A stretch of DNA of 64,000 bases from Chrysomallon squamiferum (lineage: Eukaryota > Animalia > Mollusca), in contig CM022666.1 of the NCBI GenBank assembly GCA_012295275.1, forward strand, positions 16,430,001 through 16,494,000. Reading direction: 5' to 3'. A program made the position numbers and the translations under genes. The notes under the pieces were generated by a model. The model was not told the origin of the DNA. It worked only from the letters and a program-made list of their open reading frames with translations, and did not search any database. Positions 1 through 16,619 of this stretch are shown piece by piece; the first letter of the stretch is position 1; every line of letters begins with the position of its first letter.

Positions 1-508
1 ACATCCACCTTCAGGAACTTTCAGAAAATCTCTAGCTTCTTTCGCAAAGATGCATGTTCTGTGTCTGGGGCAGACAAGCTGGAGACCGTCTTTCAGGTAG
101 TCATCTTTCCTCGCTGTTGTGATGATGTCCCGAATAAGATCACTTTTCTCAGTTAGAAAACGGAAGTTTCCCAGCACGTACATTCCGTGCTTCGCGCGAG
201 ATAACGCAACGCAAATTCTGTTGTCAGTTTTCAAGAAGCCAATCGTTTCTCCCGGTGTATCACTTCGGACCATTGACAGAAGGACGATGTCATTTTCTTC
301 TCCTTGATAACTATCCACAGAAGCCAGTCGTACACCTTCAAATTTCGACTTTGGCATCAGATGTCGCAGCGCGTTGATTTGTGCTGAGTACATGCTTATT
401 ATTGTTATCTGCTGTCGCTGGTAACCCTGCTTGAGCAAGTACTCACACAAACTGACGATATACTCCGCCTCAAATTGGTTTAAGCAACTCAGACTTTCTT
501 CGTCTACC

Positions 509-510
<2 letters not shown>
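1..510 (-). CDS. ZNFX1: ZNFX1 paralog A, continuation in the +1 frame; truncated by the window edge
   Basis: Manual translation EVDEESLSCLNQFEAEYIVSLCEYLLKQGY...VDSYQGEENDIVLLSMVRS...NRICVALSRAKHGMYVLGNF...KVPEGGC is stop-free and collinear with paralog B (NEFEAKYV...DNFQGEE...VALSRAKHGLY...APEGGC). Confidence 0.88.
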
Positions 511-4117
<3,607 letters not shown>

Positions 4118-4349
4118 GGCAAAACAAAAGATTTTAATTAACTTCTTTCGTTTATATCTTTCTGAAAATAATCAAAATACATCTTAGCGTATGGCGAATT
4201 CATTTGATTGTTTCAAAGACTAAGTCAGCTTTGTGTAGATATTACTGAAGTTTAGTTTGTGAAACTGTCCACGGTCGCAGTAATGTCGAAAATAATATTT
4301 TACCTTTTTACATATTAAGTTTCAATACACAGCTTCTTTCAAACCATAC

Positions 4350-4799
4350 GAAACTAAAACTGTTTCCAGGAAACAGACTTAAATACACGAACTGCGCATG
4401 CTCTGAAGTTCAACCACGGCTTCCAAGAAAACAAAACAAAATGTTTTCACGTAAATATTTCTGTATCATTATGAGAATAAGATAATTTTAACAACAGTGT
4501 AAAGTGTACTTCCTCCAAGAATTAACAACAACAACAACAACAACAACTACAACTACAAATGATAATGAAAATGATGCCCTTTTAATGCAATCAGTTCTAT
4601 CACCAAATCATTGTAAAGAAAAGAAAAATAAACATAAATAATTAATAAAAATGCTACCTACACTGACCTTTAGACACATTTGGTTGATTGCGGTGTACAC
4701 GGTGTTTCAGTGTAGAGAAAACGCAGATAAACGATCTTTACCCGAGCAGAGAGCAGATCGTTCTGGCGCGTAAATACGAAAACCGAGTGGGGAATCCCC
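4350..4799. promoter_or_regulatory. Putative immune-inducible promoter of ZNFX1-A
   Basis: ISRE-like GAAACTAAAACT 4350-4361; GAS TTCCAGGAA 4364-4372 inside palindrome CTGTTTCC-A-GGAAACAG; TTCCAAGAA 4421-4429; kB palindrome GGGGAATCCCC 4789-4799. Lies just upstream of a candidate 5'UTR donor near 4302. Confidence 0.55.
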
Positions 4800-5201
4800 G
4801 ACCTCCCAGCTAATACCGTAATATACGTGATAAACGTTTAACCAGATCTCACACAAAATTATCAATCGCTGCAAAACATCGACTGATTAGACCAGTGGTT
4901 CCCAACCTTTCAAATATAGCGACCCATTTTAGAACAAGCAATCAGGAAGCGACCCCAATCCTTAAAATATCTTATATATACATTCATTTTTTTGTACAAC
5001 AAACTGCCATATATTGCGATTATTGAATTATAGATTATTTATTCGTGAAGTAACTATACATTCGTAATTTCATGATTAATTTCAAATTTATTCATAAAAA
5101 ATTCCAAAGCTCCTACAAACATTAATTAATTGCAAATCAGTTCAAAATTATTCGAACACACAAATTTCCACCGTTATGTAAAGTATGTTTATGAACTGAA
5201 C

Positions 5202-5570
5202 TTAATGAGACGGCTGGTATTGCAGTTTTTTAGCTAGCAATTCTATCCTGGGCTCCGTTGTTGATATAGCACACCTCACGTCGTCTTCCACATTTAATTT
5301 ATTTCGGATCTTGTTTTTAAGGATGAGAAATTGGGAGAATGCTGCTTCACATAAGTAAGTTGTTGGGAACGGCAATACATTCCTTATTGCGATTTCTGAT
5401 ATTACTGGGAATTTTTGGAGATGTCTTTGAAGTTTAGCTGGTTTCATAGACTCATGAGCAAGAATTTCCAAACATACCAAACACTGTGGTCTTTCCACAC
5501 CTGCAATAACTATGTCAGTGAATCCCCACTTCAAGAAATCATCGCTGTACTTTCTCTTTCTTACACTCAT
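5202..5570 (-). pseudogene. Internally deleted Buster-family transposase (BED-type zinc finger joined in frame to the hAT dimerization domain, 122 aa)
   Basis: N-terminal RKYSDDFLKWGF...PQCLVCLEILAHESMKPAKLQRHL joins directly to C-terminal FP...LPFPTTYLCEAAFS...RNKL...EPRI; the catalytic core is missing. Confidence 0.85.
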
Positions 5571-5651
5571 TTTTAAAGGGTTAAGAATCACTCAAACAAA
5601 ACTAACTACGTGTCACTGCAACTGCGAGTACAACACTAGGTAAGTGGGAGG

Positions 5652-5888
5652 CAGTGTTGCCAGATGGCTCATACAGAAATCGGCTAGAACTAGCTTTGAA
5701 AAAGGCTAAAAACTGGCTAGATTTAATAGTAAATGGCTAAAGAAAACGGCTAAATTTATCTGTGCATTTTTATGAATAGTTTCTCAAGTATTCTTACAAA
5801 AAATCTAGCCACTAAATGAAAATTTTTCGGCCAGATGCTGCCAAATTTGGCTGAATCTAGCCGGAAATCAGCTAATTTGGCAACACTG
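5652..5888. mobile_element. Nested 237-bp hAT-type MITE
   Basis: TIRs CAGTGTTGCCA / TGGCAACACTG; 8-bp TSD GTGGGAGG at 5644-5651 and 5889-5896; internal GGCTA/TAGCC subterminal motifs. Confidence 0.9.
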
Positions 5889-6222
5889 GTGGGAGGAGCG
5901 ACAGTGGTGGCGCGACCAAAACAAAACAGAAACCAAACATGTTCAATACTGGCTCAGACGTTGTGTTGAGTGACTTAGGGAACTGTTACATTTAGTTTCA
6001 TAGTATGAATTTATATAACTGTCTTAATATGTTTTTCACCGTGTTTTATATAATATTCATATTCGGCTCAAAATCAATTAAGGACCCCATGGCATTGGTG
6101 TCGCGACCCCATTTGGGGTCGAGGCCCACAGGTTGGGAACCACTGGATTAGACAGTTTTATTACTTGTACTTGAGACTGACAAATGTACGTAATTCTGAG
6201 GTGACGCCTGCTTCCGTAAATC

Positions 6223-6360
6223 TATCCATCCATCCATGTATACATCCATCCATCCATCCATCCATCCATCCATCCATCCATCCATCCATCCATCCATCCA
6301 TCCATCCATCCATCCATCCATCCATACATCCATACATACATACATACATACATACATACA

Positions 6361-6394
<34 letters not shown>

Positions 6395-6517
6395 CAGACA
6401 TCAGACAGATATAGTATATGTGTGTGTATATAAATTAGTAATTGTAATAGTCTCAACCTCATCATTATTATTGAATGTCTTAGTATTATCATCATCATCA
6501 TCATCATCATTATTATT

Positions 6518-6561
<44 letters not shown>

Positions 6562-6610
6562 TTTTATTATTATTATTATTATTTTTATTATTGTTATTAT
6601 TATTATTATG
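6223..6610. repeat. Compound microsatellites (ATCC)n, (ATAC)n, (ATC)n, (ATT)n
   Basis: Directly visible simple repeats. Confidence 0.95.
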
Positions 6611-6696
6611 TAGAGGTATGTAAATAGAAATTGTTCAACAGTGACGTGTAACACACAGAGTACACAGATACAGTCGTCGTTGAGGGTCAAAAGGAA

Positions 6697-6737
6697 GGGA
6701 ATTCCCTCTGACGTCATTATAATATTTCTATTTATAA
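6697..6737 (+). promoter_or_regulatory. kB + CRE + MEF2-like composite element (inverted homolog of 16902-16938)
   Basis: GGGAATTCCC 6697-6706, TGACGTCA 6709-6716, CTATTTATAA 6728-6737. Confidence 0.45.
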
Positions 6738-7777
6738 CCTCGCGGAATGTCGATTACGACTTGTCACGATTTATTTGTTTGTCGGGAAGAAAAGAAGAAA
6801 GAAGATTCGTCGTACACGCATGCATTCATGACGCTACATGCACATGCGCAAAGGAAGACGATTTTCAGATTGTCGTTTTCTGTTCATTCGTTTTCATTCC
6901 CTCTTCCTTTCCTCTCATTGTTTCTCTCGTTTTATTTTTCTCACTTTTTCCTTCTCTCGTTTTATTTTTCTAACTTTTTCCTTCTCTCTATCTTTTTCTC
7001 CGTCTGTCTTCTCGTGATATTCAGGACTTCTAATAACGTACCAAGTAAACAAAATAATAATAATTTATAATAAACAGAAAACAAACTGAAATTTTGGAAA
7101 TTTGTATTATTTAGCTAGATATTTCGCTTAAAATGGAAAACATCAATATTTGAAATAGATTATCTAAATTTCCATTTCCAAGATATAGTTGTCTCCTATT
7201 AACTGATTCATAATTAGAAATGTTTGTTTATTTTCATTTTATTTATTTATTTATTTTATTTTATTTTTTGGATTTGTTTATTTACTGAAAGTTACAAATT
7301 CATTAACGAACGCACACATACACACGTACTCTCCTCGTACGTGCATCCTAAGACGCGCACACTAAGACACACGCAAACACAGACATTTATACACGTGTAA
7401 AACATGTATATCCGTATACTGATACCTTGTAAGATTTTACATTTATGGTTACTTTATTTATTTGTTGTTTACTTACATTCACACTCAAATCTCACACACA
7501 CATACACACGACAGTTAATCATTTTGCATATTTTGTAGTTACACTAAATATTTAACAAACCAGTAACAGAATTCTGTATATTTACCCTGTCCGTGTGAGC
7601 ATTTGTCGGTGCGTGTGTTTTTTGGGGTGTTCTGATATAACTACTGTAGTATGACGTAATAAATGAATGAAAAATACCTCAATAAGAACAAGGTAGAAAC
7701 ATCACCTGCCCAAATATAATTAACCAACAAACATTTCTGTTCTCTCAGAGAAAAGTAAAACAACAATAAACTGAGCA

Positions 7778-7817
<40 letters not shown>

Positions 7818-8274
7818 AAAAAACCGATGAAAAAGTAAATAAATAAATAACATAATCTTGGAGTGCAATTTGATATAAACATATAATCAGTATAAATTTC
7901 AATCACAATTTTACATAAACAAAATTCCAGTATAAATTTCAGTTACAAACTAATAAATTTTACATAAACAAATGTCCATTATGAATTTCAGTCACTCATT
8001 TTAAATTTTGCATAAACAAATACTGAATGTATACTTCAGCGACAAACTAATAAATTTTACATAAACAAATATTCAGTATAAATTTCAGTCACAATTTTAC
8101 ATAAACAGTCACAATCTTTTAAAATTTTACATAGATATTTATTTACTTACTTACTTATTTATTTATTTATTTAGTTAGTTAGTTAGCTAGCTACAAGCAA
8201 ATGAAATGTTTAGAAGTCAGTTCAGGTCATTCAGTAAGAAGTGAGTTTACTGTTGTGAAGGACACAGTGAGACA

Positions 8275-8641
8275 TCAGATGATGTCATCCAGCTGAAAGT
8301 TGACCAAGTTGTTCTGCTCTGACCAGGCTGCAAACCTCGCGCCATCCATTTCTCTTGCAAGCTGGTTGTCGTGTCTCAGTTGATGATTTCCTCCGCCTAT
8401 TCCTTCTCCACATTCAGGACACCTCGACTCCACGGTGGCTCCTCCACATTCCCCAATGGCGTAAATGTGACCTGAAAAATAAGCAGTTTACGCATGTAGG
8501 TTCTGAGAAATGAACCATTCATAATGTATAAACTGATGAAAAAGTGTTTTTAGATCTTGAACTAAATCAAATTAAACTGAATAAATAAACGAATAAATAA
8601 ACAAATAAAAAGCAATTACACAAACCTGCAAAAGTTCCATC

Positions 8642-8728
<87 letters not shown>

Positions 8729-11700
8729 CTCTGTCTCCATATTATATTGTAGTAAGAAATCAAATTAAATTTCATTATACAATAATTAACTTATCAACTT
8801 ACCATTTCTACATTTAAACCAGTGTCCTTGGCTAAGTCCCATCGCTGTCACTATCTCAACTCGTTCATCCTCGCTGATGCCGAGTCCCGACTCGGGGGCC
8901 AGCTTTCTGATCTCCTCAAACACTGACTTCACGTACGTCTGTCTCGCCGAGGTGAATGGTTTCTTGTCAACAAGGTATCTGGCCACTTTCTGAAACCTCC
9001 TCCCTAGAGTGCTGTCCAGTTTGATGCTTTTCACATTTAACGTTTTCTTTATCTCGAGCATCCCCAGAGCTGCTTTGTATCGATCCAACTCAGCCTTAGC
9101 ATCAGATATTTCTTGATCACTGAAGACGTATGTTCTTTTGTACAAAATCCATTTTCTAAACTGCTTCAAATCTTCGAGATACGGTTTAGTGCTATGGTGC
9201 AGCTGGATATGTGTGACGCCAAACTTTTCAAATTTGCTGATATATTTATCGATTTCCTTCAAGAAACTCAGTTGATTTTTGATAGCTACAAGTCCCGATT
9301 CGCTATCTTTAAAACCACGATCGTACAAGCCTTGTTTATCTTTACGTTGATGGATATCAGTTTTAATTTCAAACTCAATCTCCAGCTGGAGAGTACGAAT
9401 CTTGTCGCTGGCTCCCAGCACTCGACTCTTCACGCGCTCGATGTCACGCAGTCGCTCTCTGATTAGTTTGCCGTATCTCATGTTCTGTCGTATGACCGTC
9501 TTGCACAGAGGACAGCATTTCAGCTGAATGCTCTTCTCGTCGTCGTTGTCGGCGTGTGTTTCACTTTCCATCCACTGATCGAGACCTGACACTTCCAGCA
9601 CGTGACCGCAGTCCTCGAGCTCCACGAACCTGGCGTCTTCTTCATCCTCCGTTCCAAAGAAAATCGTCGTCACTTCGTCGCGGTTACACACACGACACAG
9701 CCGCGGACACGGCTCGCCGCAGATGCCGATACACCGGTGACGACAGCGAAGACGTTTCGGACAGGGCTGGTCGCACGGTTCTCTGTCACACGGCTCGTGA
9801 CATTTCCTGGTACATCTGTGATGTCTGCAAACCCAGCCGCAAGGCTCCATGCAAGGAGTACACAGCTCTCCGCATTTCCTCGGACATTTGCTGTGAGGAC
9901 ATCGGTTCTCACAGTCCTTCTCACACGGTGGACAGCTGTTGCACGTGCTTCTGCATTCATGGCCGCAGACGAGAATTCTCTTACACGCTTTCTTACAGCT
10001 CACGTGAAGTCGACCTTGGTGGCACTCCTCGCAGTTGCCTACGCAGGTGTGTCCGCACTCCAGCTTGCTCGTGCATCTTTCTCGACATCGTGCATTATTC
10101 TCATTTGCACACGGAATCTCGGCTGAGTGTCCGCAGTCAAACATTTTGATGATATTCGCTGTGCACTGATGAGGCAGACCGCAGAGAACGCCACACTTGT
10201 GACCACACGACATCATCTTCGTACAGGGCTCCGTGCAGCAAAACTCTGTCGGACTAAGATGACATGGAACCATTTGTCTGTGTCCACAACGCGGAATTAT
10301 TTTCTCTATTTTGACGTAACACTTACCACATTCCTGGTAGCATTTCCTTGTGCACTGGTGGTTGTTTTTACAGATAACTTTACTGCAAGGCTTGTTACAC
10401 TGGTACTCCAAGTGCTGCGGGTCGTACGGGTGACAGGGACGCACACACGTGTGACCGCAGCTCAGTCTGAACTGACAAGGTTTCAGACATCCTCCTTCTG
10501 GCGCCTTTTTGAAGTCTTCGGCGCTGACTGCCACAAAACCATCATCGTTGGGATGGTTCTGACAAAAGAACTTCAACCCTGGTCCAATCTGATTATTTTC
10601 TCTGCGGTCCTTCACCAGTTTTCTCCACAGTTTGCTCTGATTTGCGAGAAGATCGAAGTTTCCTATGACGTAGAGACCGTGTTTAGCTCTTGACAAAGCC
10701 ACGCAGACTCTGTTTTCAATGTTCAGGAAACCAATGCGGTTTTCACTGTTGCTTCTTACCAGAGACAAAATAATTATTTCGTTTTCTTCTCCTTGAAAGT
10801 TATCGACGACAGTTATTCTCAGTCCACCAAAGAACTTCTTTGGCATCAGTTTCTTCAGCGCCAGCAGCTGGCCGGAGTACGTGGTCAGCACCGTTATCTG
10901 AGACTTGTCGTAGCCTTGTTTGAGAAGATACGAGCAGAACTCGGTGACGTACTTCGCTTCAAACTCATTGGAGTGACTCATCATTTCAGTGTCGTGTTTC
11001 TCCTCCTCGTTGTGTGCTATGAAGAAGATATTTTGAGAAACTCCTTTAATTCTGGGGTACTTTTTCACCGATTCGTGGTCTCGCAGATTCGGATAAATGT
11101 GCCGCATCAAATTTGATATTTCTGGCCTCATTCTGTGCTGAATTTCCAGCGTGTCACATTTCATTCCGTTGTTAATCATCCTCTCAAACAGAGACAGGTC
11201 GAGGTGGTATTTGACAGCGAGTCTGTACACAGTGGGGTTTGGTTTCAGTTGCTTGTGGTCTCCAATCAGGATCAGATGTTGACAGCTCTCATTGAGAGTG
11301 GTGATCACGTGACCCTCAAGAACCTCGGCTGCCTCTTCAACTACAATTATTTTTGGTCTGACTTCACGCAAGATCTGCTGGTATCTGGCGGCGCCTGTGG
11401 TCGTCATGCCGATTACGGTCGCTGTTCTCAAAGCCTCTTTATCTTCCTGCATGTGGAGCTCTCTTAGCCGTTTTACGTATTCCTTGTACTTGTCCTCTTT
11501 TGCCGCGATCTGCACCTTCCAGTGAAGTTGAAACTGGTGAACCCAAGACTTATAAAGTCTCCACCTTCGGTCCAAGGGCAATAGCCAAACATTTTCGATC
11601 CTTCTTTTTTCCGCGTCGGTCATTCTGTTAGTTTCACGCAGACGTTTTAACAGTTTTCTCTTCATGCTCTTTCTGGCCTTCCTCTGCATCTGGAACTGTT

Positions 11701-14659
11701 GTTTGTTCTGTCCCTGCGGTTTTTTGTCAAAGTTTGAAATGTCAAAAGCCACGTACTGACTCCTCTCTGCAGGAAGTGATTTAATTCGTTCTTCAAGTTG
11801 TCTGATCGGGTCATCATCGTCGTCGTCGTCATCAAATTCAAGTCGTCTCTGCAGCTGCAAAAGCTCGGCTTCTTCCTGAATAGCAACTTCCTCGTCTTCT
11901 TCATTCTGTTCTATGTTGGGCACATCGTCGTCATCCTGGCCGTTGGCTACGGCCTCCTGCACCTCTCCAAACATCTGGTCTAAGCCCAGCCACTCAACCA
12001 TAACGGAACGACCTTGAAATTGGCCTGATAATACAATCACCCGCATATCACTGTAAAAGTCGTCCATGAAAGGTTTCAACATGTCTTCGTGGACAATTTC
12101 TCTTTCCGACGCTTCGATCTGAGCACCTTTCTTTTCTATGTAGAGCTGCATCTGCATCAGTTCTTTCGTTAGATCATAACGCAGGTGTGAAATTTGTTTC
12201 ACATTTCGAGATTTTCTTAGTTCCTTCCTCTTCTCTTTTAGATTGTATTTCGAGATTTGTTCGCTTACGCTGCGACCGCCCACTCTGATTATGTTTCCTT
12301 TGAAGAAAGAGTCGATGCCTTCCAGAAACTGATCGAGAGCGTGGTTGGTGTAGCAAACAATCAGCATTGGCGAGTTGCGCTGAGGATTCCACACACTGGA
12401 GTTGTGAAGCAGAGCTTTAACGATTTTGAGACCAACGTACGTCTTTCCAGTTCCTGGTGGTCCCTGTGTCACCACAAACTCTTTGGTGAGTGCTGTCTGC
12501 AGAGCTCTGTACTGCGAATCGTCCAGGTGCAGCTGAGCTGGGCTCGGCCAGTCTCTCAGGTCGAGAATGTCCACACTCTCCGCACACCTGGCCTCCCTGC
12601 TGAACGCGTAGCTCACTGCTCTGCGCTGTTGTCGCAGGGCGTTGTCTTCGCGGATTACCATGTCTTCGTCCACCAGAGGGCGTAGATCAAACGTGACTGA
12701 TCTTCGGTTCTGGATGTACTGCGGAGGCTGGACTTGTGACTCGCACTTGATGATGTGTTTCTCGAAAGGAAGTTGCCCGTCTCTGATCTGCTGAAGACCG
12801 GCCAGTACGTGTTTGTAGGCCTCAAAATACGCGGTCGTTTCCACCATGACGTATCGACGTTCTCCTATCAGAAACCTGTCTTCTTCTAAGTCCGCTTCAA
12901 ACTGAACGTCGATAATACCATCCGCCAGCAGTTTAGGATCTCTGTCGGACACGGTGGCGAAAAGATACGTATTAAAGTTGTCGTGGGAGAGACACACTAA
13001 CGAGCCGTAGATTAGTCGCTTGGAGTTTTCCCACCTGACACGTTTCAGCTTAGAGACGTCGAATTCCAGTCTGTATAGGAGATCGCGTCGCGCGCAGACA
13101 GATCTCAGAATCCTGACGTCACTGTACAATCTGATGTCCTTGTTTCTGTTCATTCTGTTGTAAGCGTCTGCCTGCAAGTATGCGTCGATGCCTTCGCGCA
13201 GTGGACAGATGAAGTCCTCCCTGAGCAGTCTGAACTGCACGTCTAAGTAGTGACCGAGGTCATTGTACTCTCCCGTTGCTTTGTTACGTCTCAGGAACGG
13301 ACCACCGCCATCCAAGTGAATGTCCTTCCTCGTGGGAAACACTGAAAACTGGCGGAAATCGTCTGGCGGTTCTTCTTCGATTTCCATCACGAGTTTCTTT
13401 TCTTTTCTGTCGTTCTTCACCCTAGTAAACATGTTGTCTTTCAAGCCGTCCAGATCTGACAGCATCTGAGATATTTCATCGTCGATGATGCTTACACTGA
13501 CTTTGTTTTCCAGTTCTGCGACTGTCATCTTCAAAACGTCCTGCAGTCCCGAGATCACCACAATGGACGAAGGCAACGATATGGCCAGCTGCTGAAGCAA
13601 AGTGAGCAAGTCTTTCAAGAATTGTTTGTCATCTGTCACTCGATCCTGGGTAGCCTCTGCAGCAAAGCCAGACAAAATGGAAACCAACGTTTCTTTCAAA
13701 AATTTAGAACGGAACACAGTCGTCAACAATTCAATGAACAAAGATTTCGCCGTTGTTGTCTGACAGGATTTTGCGAGCAGACACAGAGTCACTCTGGCCA
13801 TACGGAAAGACAGGTTTCCGTTCAGCAGTGACATCAGTTTATGTTTCTGTCCTGACAGTGTCAAAATGATGTCCGAGGCGTCCCTCGACTTCAGTTCTAT
13901 TAACTCTCTAAATTGGAACCTTCCACCATATCCACGTCTGTCCCCACCACGTGCCGCCCCCTCCTCCTCTTCATCGCCACCTGCTCCGGCGTCTCTCCTG
14001 TTCTGACCCCCACCTCTCCCACGTTGGACCCCACCACGCCCACGTTGAACCCCACCACGCCCACGGTATCCACCCCCGCGCTGTCTTCGCCCGCCTTCAC
14101 CTTCGTCTCTTTGCTGTTCTCCTTCGTCCCTGTTTAATCCATGACCACCACGTCCACCACGTCTGTCACGACCACGGCCCCTGTCGTTGTGTGCATTGAA
14201 GGGTCTGAAACGCAGGAGGGGACAACTGAGTATTTTCTCTACTCGTTATGTTACAGCAGTGGTTGTTGCTGTCACTGCAATAGTAGTATAGTAGTAGCAA
14301 TAGCGGGTGGTAACAGTAAAAGCAATAGTAAAAGTAGGAGTGATAGTGACTGTAGTAGAATTAATAGTAAAGATAGTACCGGTATAGTTATAATAATAAA
14401 AGTAATAGAAATAGCAGTGGTATTAGTTTAGCAGCAGAAGCAGCAATAGTAGTAGTAGTAGTAGTAGCAGTAGTAGTAGTAATAGCAGTAGTAGTAGTAG
14501 TAGTAGTAGTAATAGTAGTAACAGGAGTAGAGTAGTAGCAGTAGTAGTAGTAATAGCAGTAGCAGTAGTAGTAGTAATAGCAGTAGTAGTAGTAGTAGCA
14601 GTAGTAGTAGCAACAGCAGCAGTAGTAGTAATAATAGTAGTAGCAGTAGTAGTAATAGC

Positions 14660-14694
<35 letters not shown>

Positions 14695-14820
14695 CAACAG
14701 CAGCAGTAGTAGTAATAATAGTTGTAGCAGTAGTAGTAGTAATAGCAATAGTAGTAGTAGTAGTAGCAACAGCAGCAGTAGTAGTAATAATAGTAGTAGC
14801 AGTAGTAGTAGTAATAGCAA

Positions 14821-14867
<47 letters not shown>

Positions 14868-14954
14868 ACAGTAGTAGCAGGAGATGTAAACCTAGTAGTA
14901 AATCTGGTGCTAGAATTGTAATAGTAATGTAAAAATAGCAAAAGGTATAGTTGT

Positions 14955-15000
<46 letters not shown>

Positions 15001-15087
15001 ACAGTAGTAGCAGGAGATGTAAACCTAGTAGTAAATCTGGTGCTAGAATTGTAATAGTAATGTAAAAATAGCAAAAGGTATAGTTGT

Positions 15088-15125
<38 letters not shown>

Positions 15126-15493
15126 TAGTAGTAGTGCATCATTAATAGTATTGGTGGTTGTTGTAGTACAAATAGAAACTGTAACAGTGTAGTAGTAGAA
15201 ACAGTAATAGTAGTAGTAGTAATGGTAGTAGTAGTGCATCAATAATAGTAGTAATAGTAGTACTTGGAATAGTAGTGATAGTAATAATGGTAGTAGTTGT
15301 AGTAGCAGTAATAGTAGTGACAGCAGTGGCAGTAGCAGAAATAGTAATAGAAGTAGTGTAGTAGTAGTATTAATAGTAGCAGCAGTAGCAATGGTAGTTG
15401 TCGTCGTTGTAGTGGTAGAAGTGTTTGGTGATGCTGATGAAACTAATGTTATAATAATTACCGTCTGTTGAAACCGATTCCTCCCTCAGCCAT
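8275..15493 (-). CDS. ZNFX1: ZNFX1 paralog B, intact, ~1876 aa; coding exons 15493-15462, 14204-8803, 8471-8275
   Basis: Exon phases join in frame (MAEGGIGFNR-R; AAT G|GT CAC). RGG-rich N-terminus, SF1 helicase motifs (GPPGTGKT, EEAAE, DNFQGEE, VALSRAK), NF-X1-type Cys/His zinc-finger repeats, RING-like CGH...CPLC segment, and terminal RZ finger WFKCRNGHIYAIGECGG...CPECGEGIGGGNH. Confidence 0.95.
14280..15420. repeat. (AGT/AGC)n low-complexity tract with an internal ~135-bp tandem duplication, in ZNFX1-B intron 1
   Basis: Trinucleotide repeats; segment CAGGAGATGTAAACCTAG...AAAGGTATAGTTG occurs twice (~14878 and ~15011). Confidence 0.9.
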
Positions 15494-15678
15494 GTTCACA
15501 AAATCTTTCTTCCTAGAAATCAGAAACGAGTAGTTAACAGTGAATGAAGAACAATACCAATCGACGTATGTGAGTTTAAAGAGACCGAATGGATTATTAA
15601 TAGACATATAACAAATAAATAAACAAACAAACAAAAAACAAACAAAAAAATAAAATATGTCCAGGTCTAGCAACATAT

Positions 15679-15712
<34 letters not shown>

Positions 15713-15746
15713 CAACAACAACAACAATAACAACAACAACAGCAGC

Positions 15747-15796
<50 letters not shown>

Positions 15797-15799
15797 CAA

Positions 15800-15830
<31 letters not shown>

Positions 15831-16487
15831 ACAAACAAACAAATAAAATAAAATAAAATAAATTAAAATAAATTTATAGTAAAAGATATTTAACTTGCTG
15901 GTTTTACCGACCAGGAACATATTTGTTACTATTAACATACGCCTGATGAAATATTTATATCACCGACAGTAACTGAATACAAAAGCTGTCAAAGGAATTT
16001 GTTCAAGGGTTACATTCAATGTTTGGCCGTCTGCCAGCTATTTTCTATACCGCGTCATTTGCGAATCGATGTCATATATTAGTCAGACACATCATGTGCG
16101 CATGCGTGAAGTAGGGGTGGGAGGCGTATCTGAGGTATAGATCATCCTCATCGTTTGTTATATTAGATATTCTGATGTGATTTCCATGTCGATCAAAGGT
16201 CAAAACCTGTTCGACATCAGCTTTACAATGTACACACAAAAAAACAGTATGATCTTTTTTATTATTCCTAGTTAAATTACAAACCTTTTTATATTTTGTA
16301 ATGTAAATTAAATAAATATGTCAAGAAAAAGGGAACAAAAACTAAAATTAAAAATAAAAATAAAAACAATTATGTCGTCTAATTTTGTTACTGTTTACAT
16401 TATTACTACTATTATTATTATTATTATTAATGTTATTATTATTATTATTATTATTAATGTTATTATTATGATTATGATTATGATTAC

Positions 16488-16530
<43 letters not shown>

Positions 16531-16575
16531 ACATGTATGTTTTTGTTGTTGTTTAAGTTATTTGTTTGTATGTGA

Positions 16576-16619
<44 letters not shown>

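Larger units (their letters stand above)
4893..6145 (-). mobile_element. Non-autonomous hAT (Buster/Charlie-type) DNA transposon, 1253 bp
   Basis: Perfect 16-bp TIRs CAGTGGTTCCCAACCT (4893-4908) and AGGTTGGGAACCACTG (6130-6145); 8-bp TSD GATTAGAC (4885-4892, 6146-6153) with the Buster-type NNNTANNN centre; internal transposase remnant. Confidence 0.93.

Noticed and set aside
13862-13864. TTG start of the 1692-aa ORF
   Set aside because: The frame stays open upstream to a splice acceptor at 14204; the likely start is the ATG at 15493.
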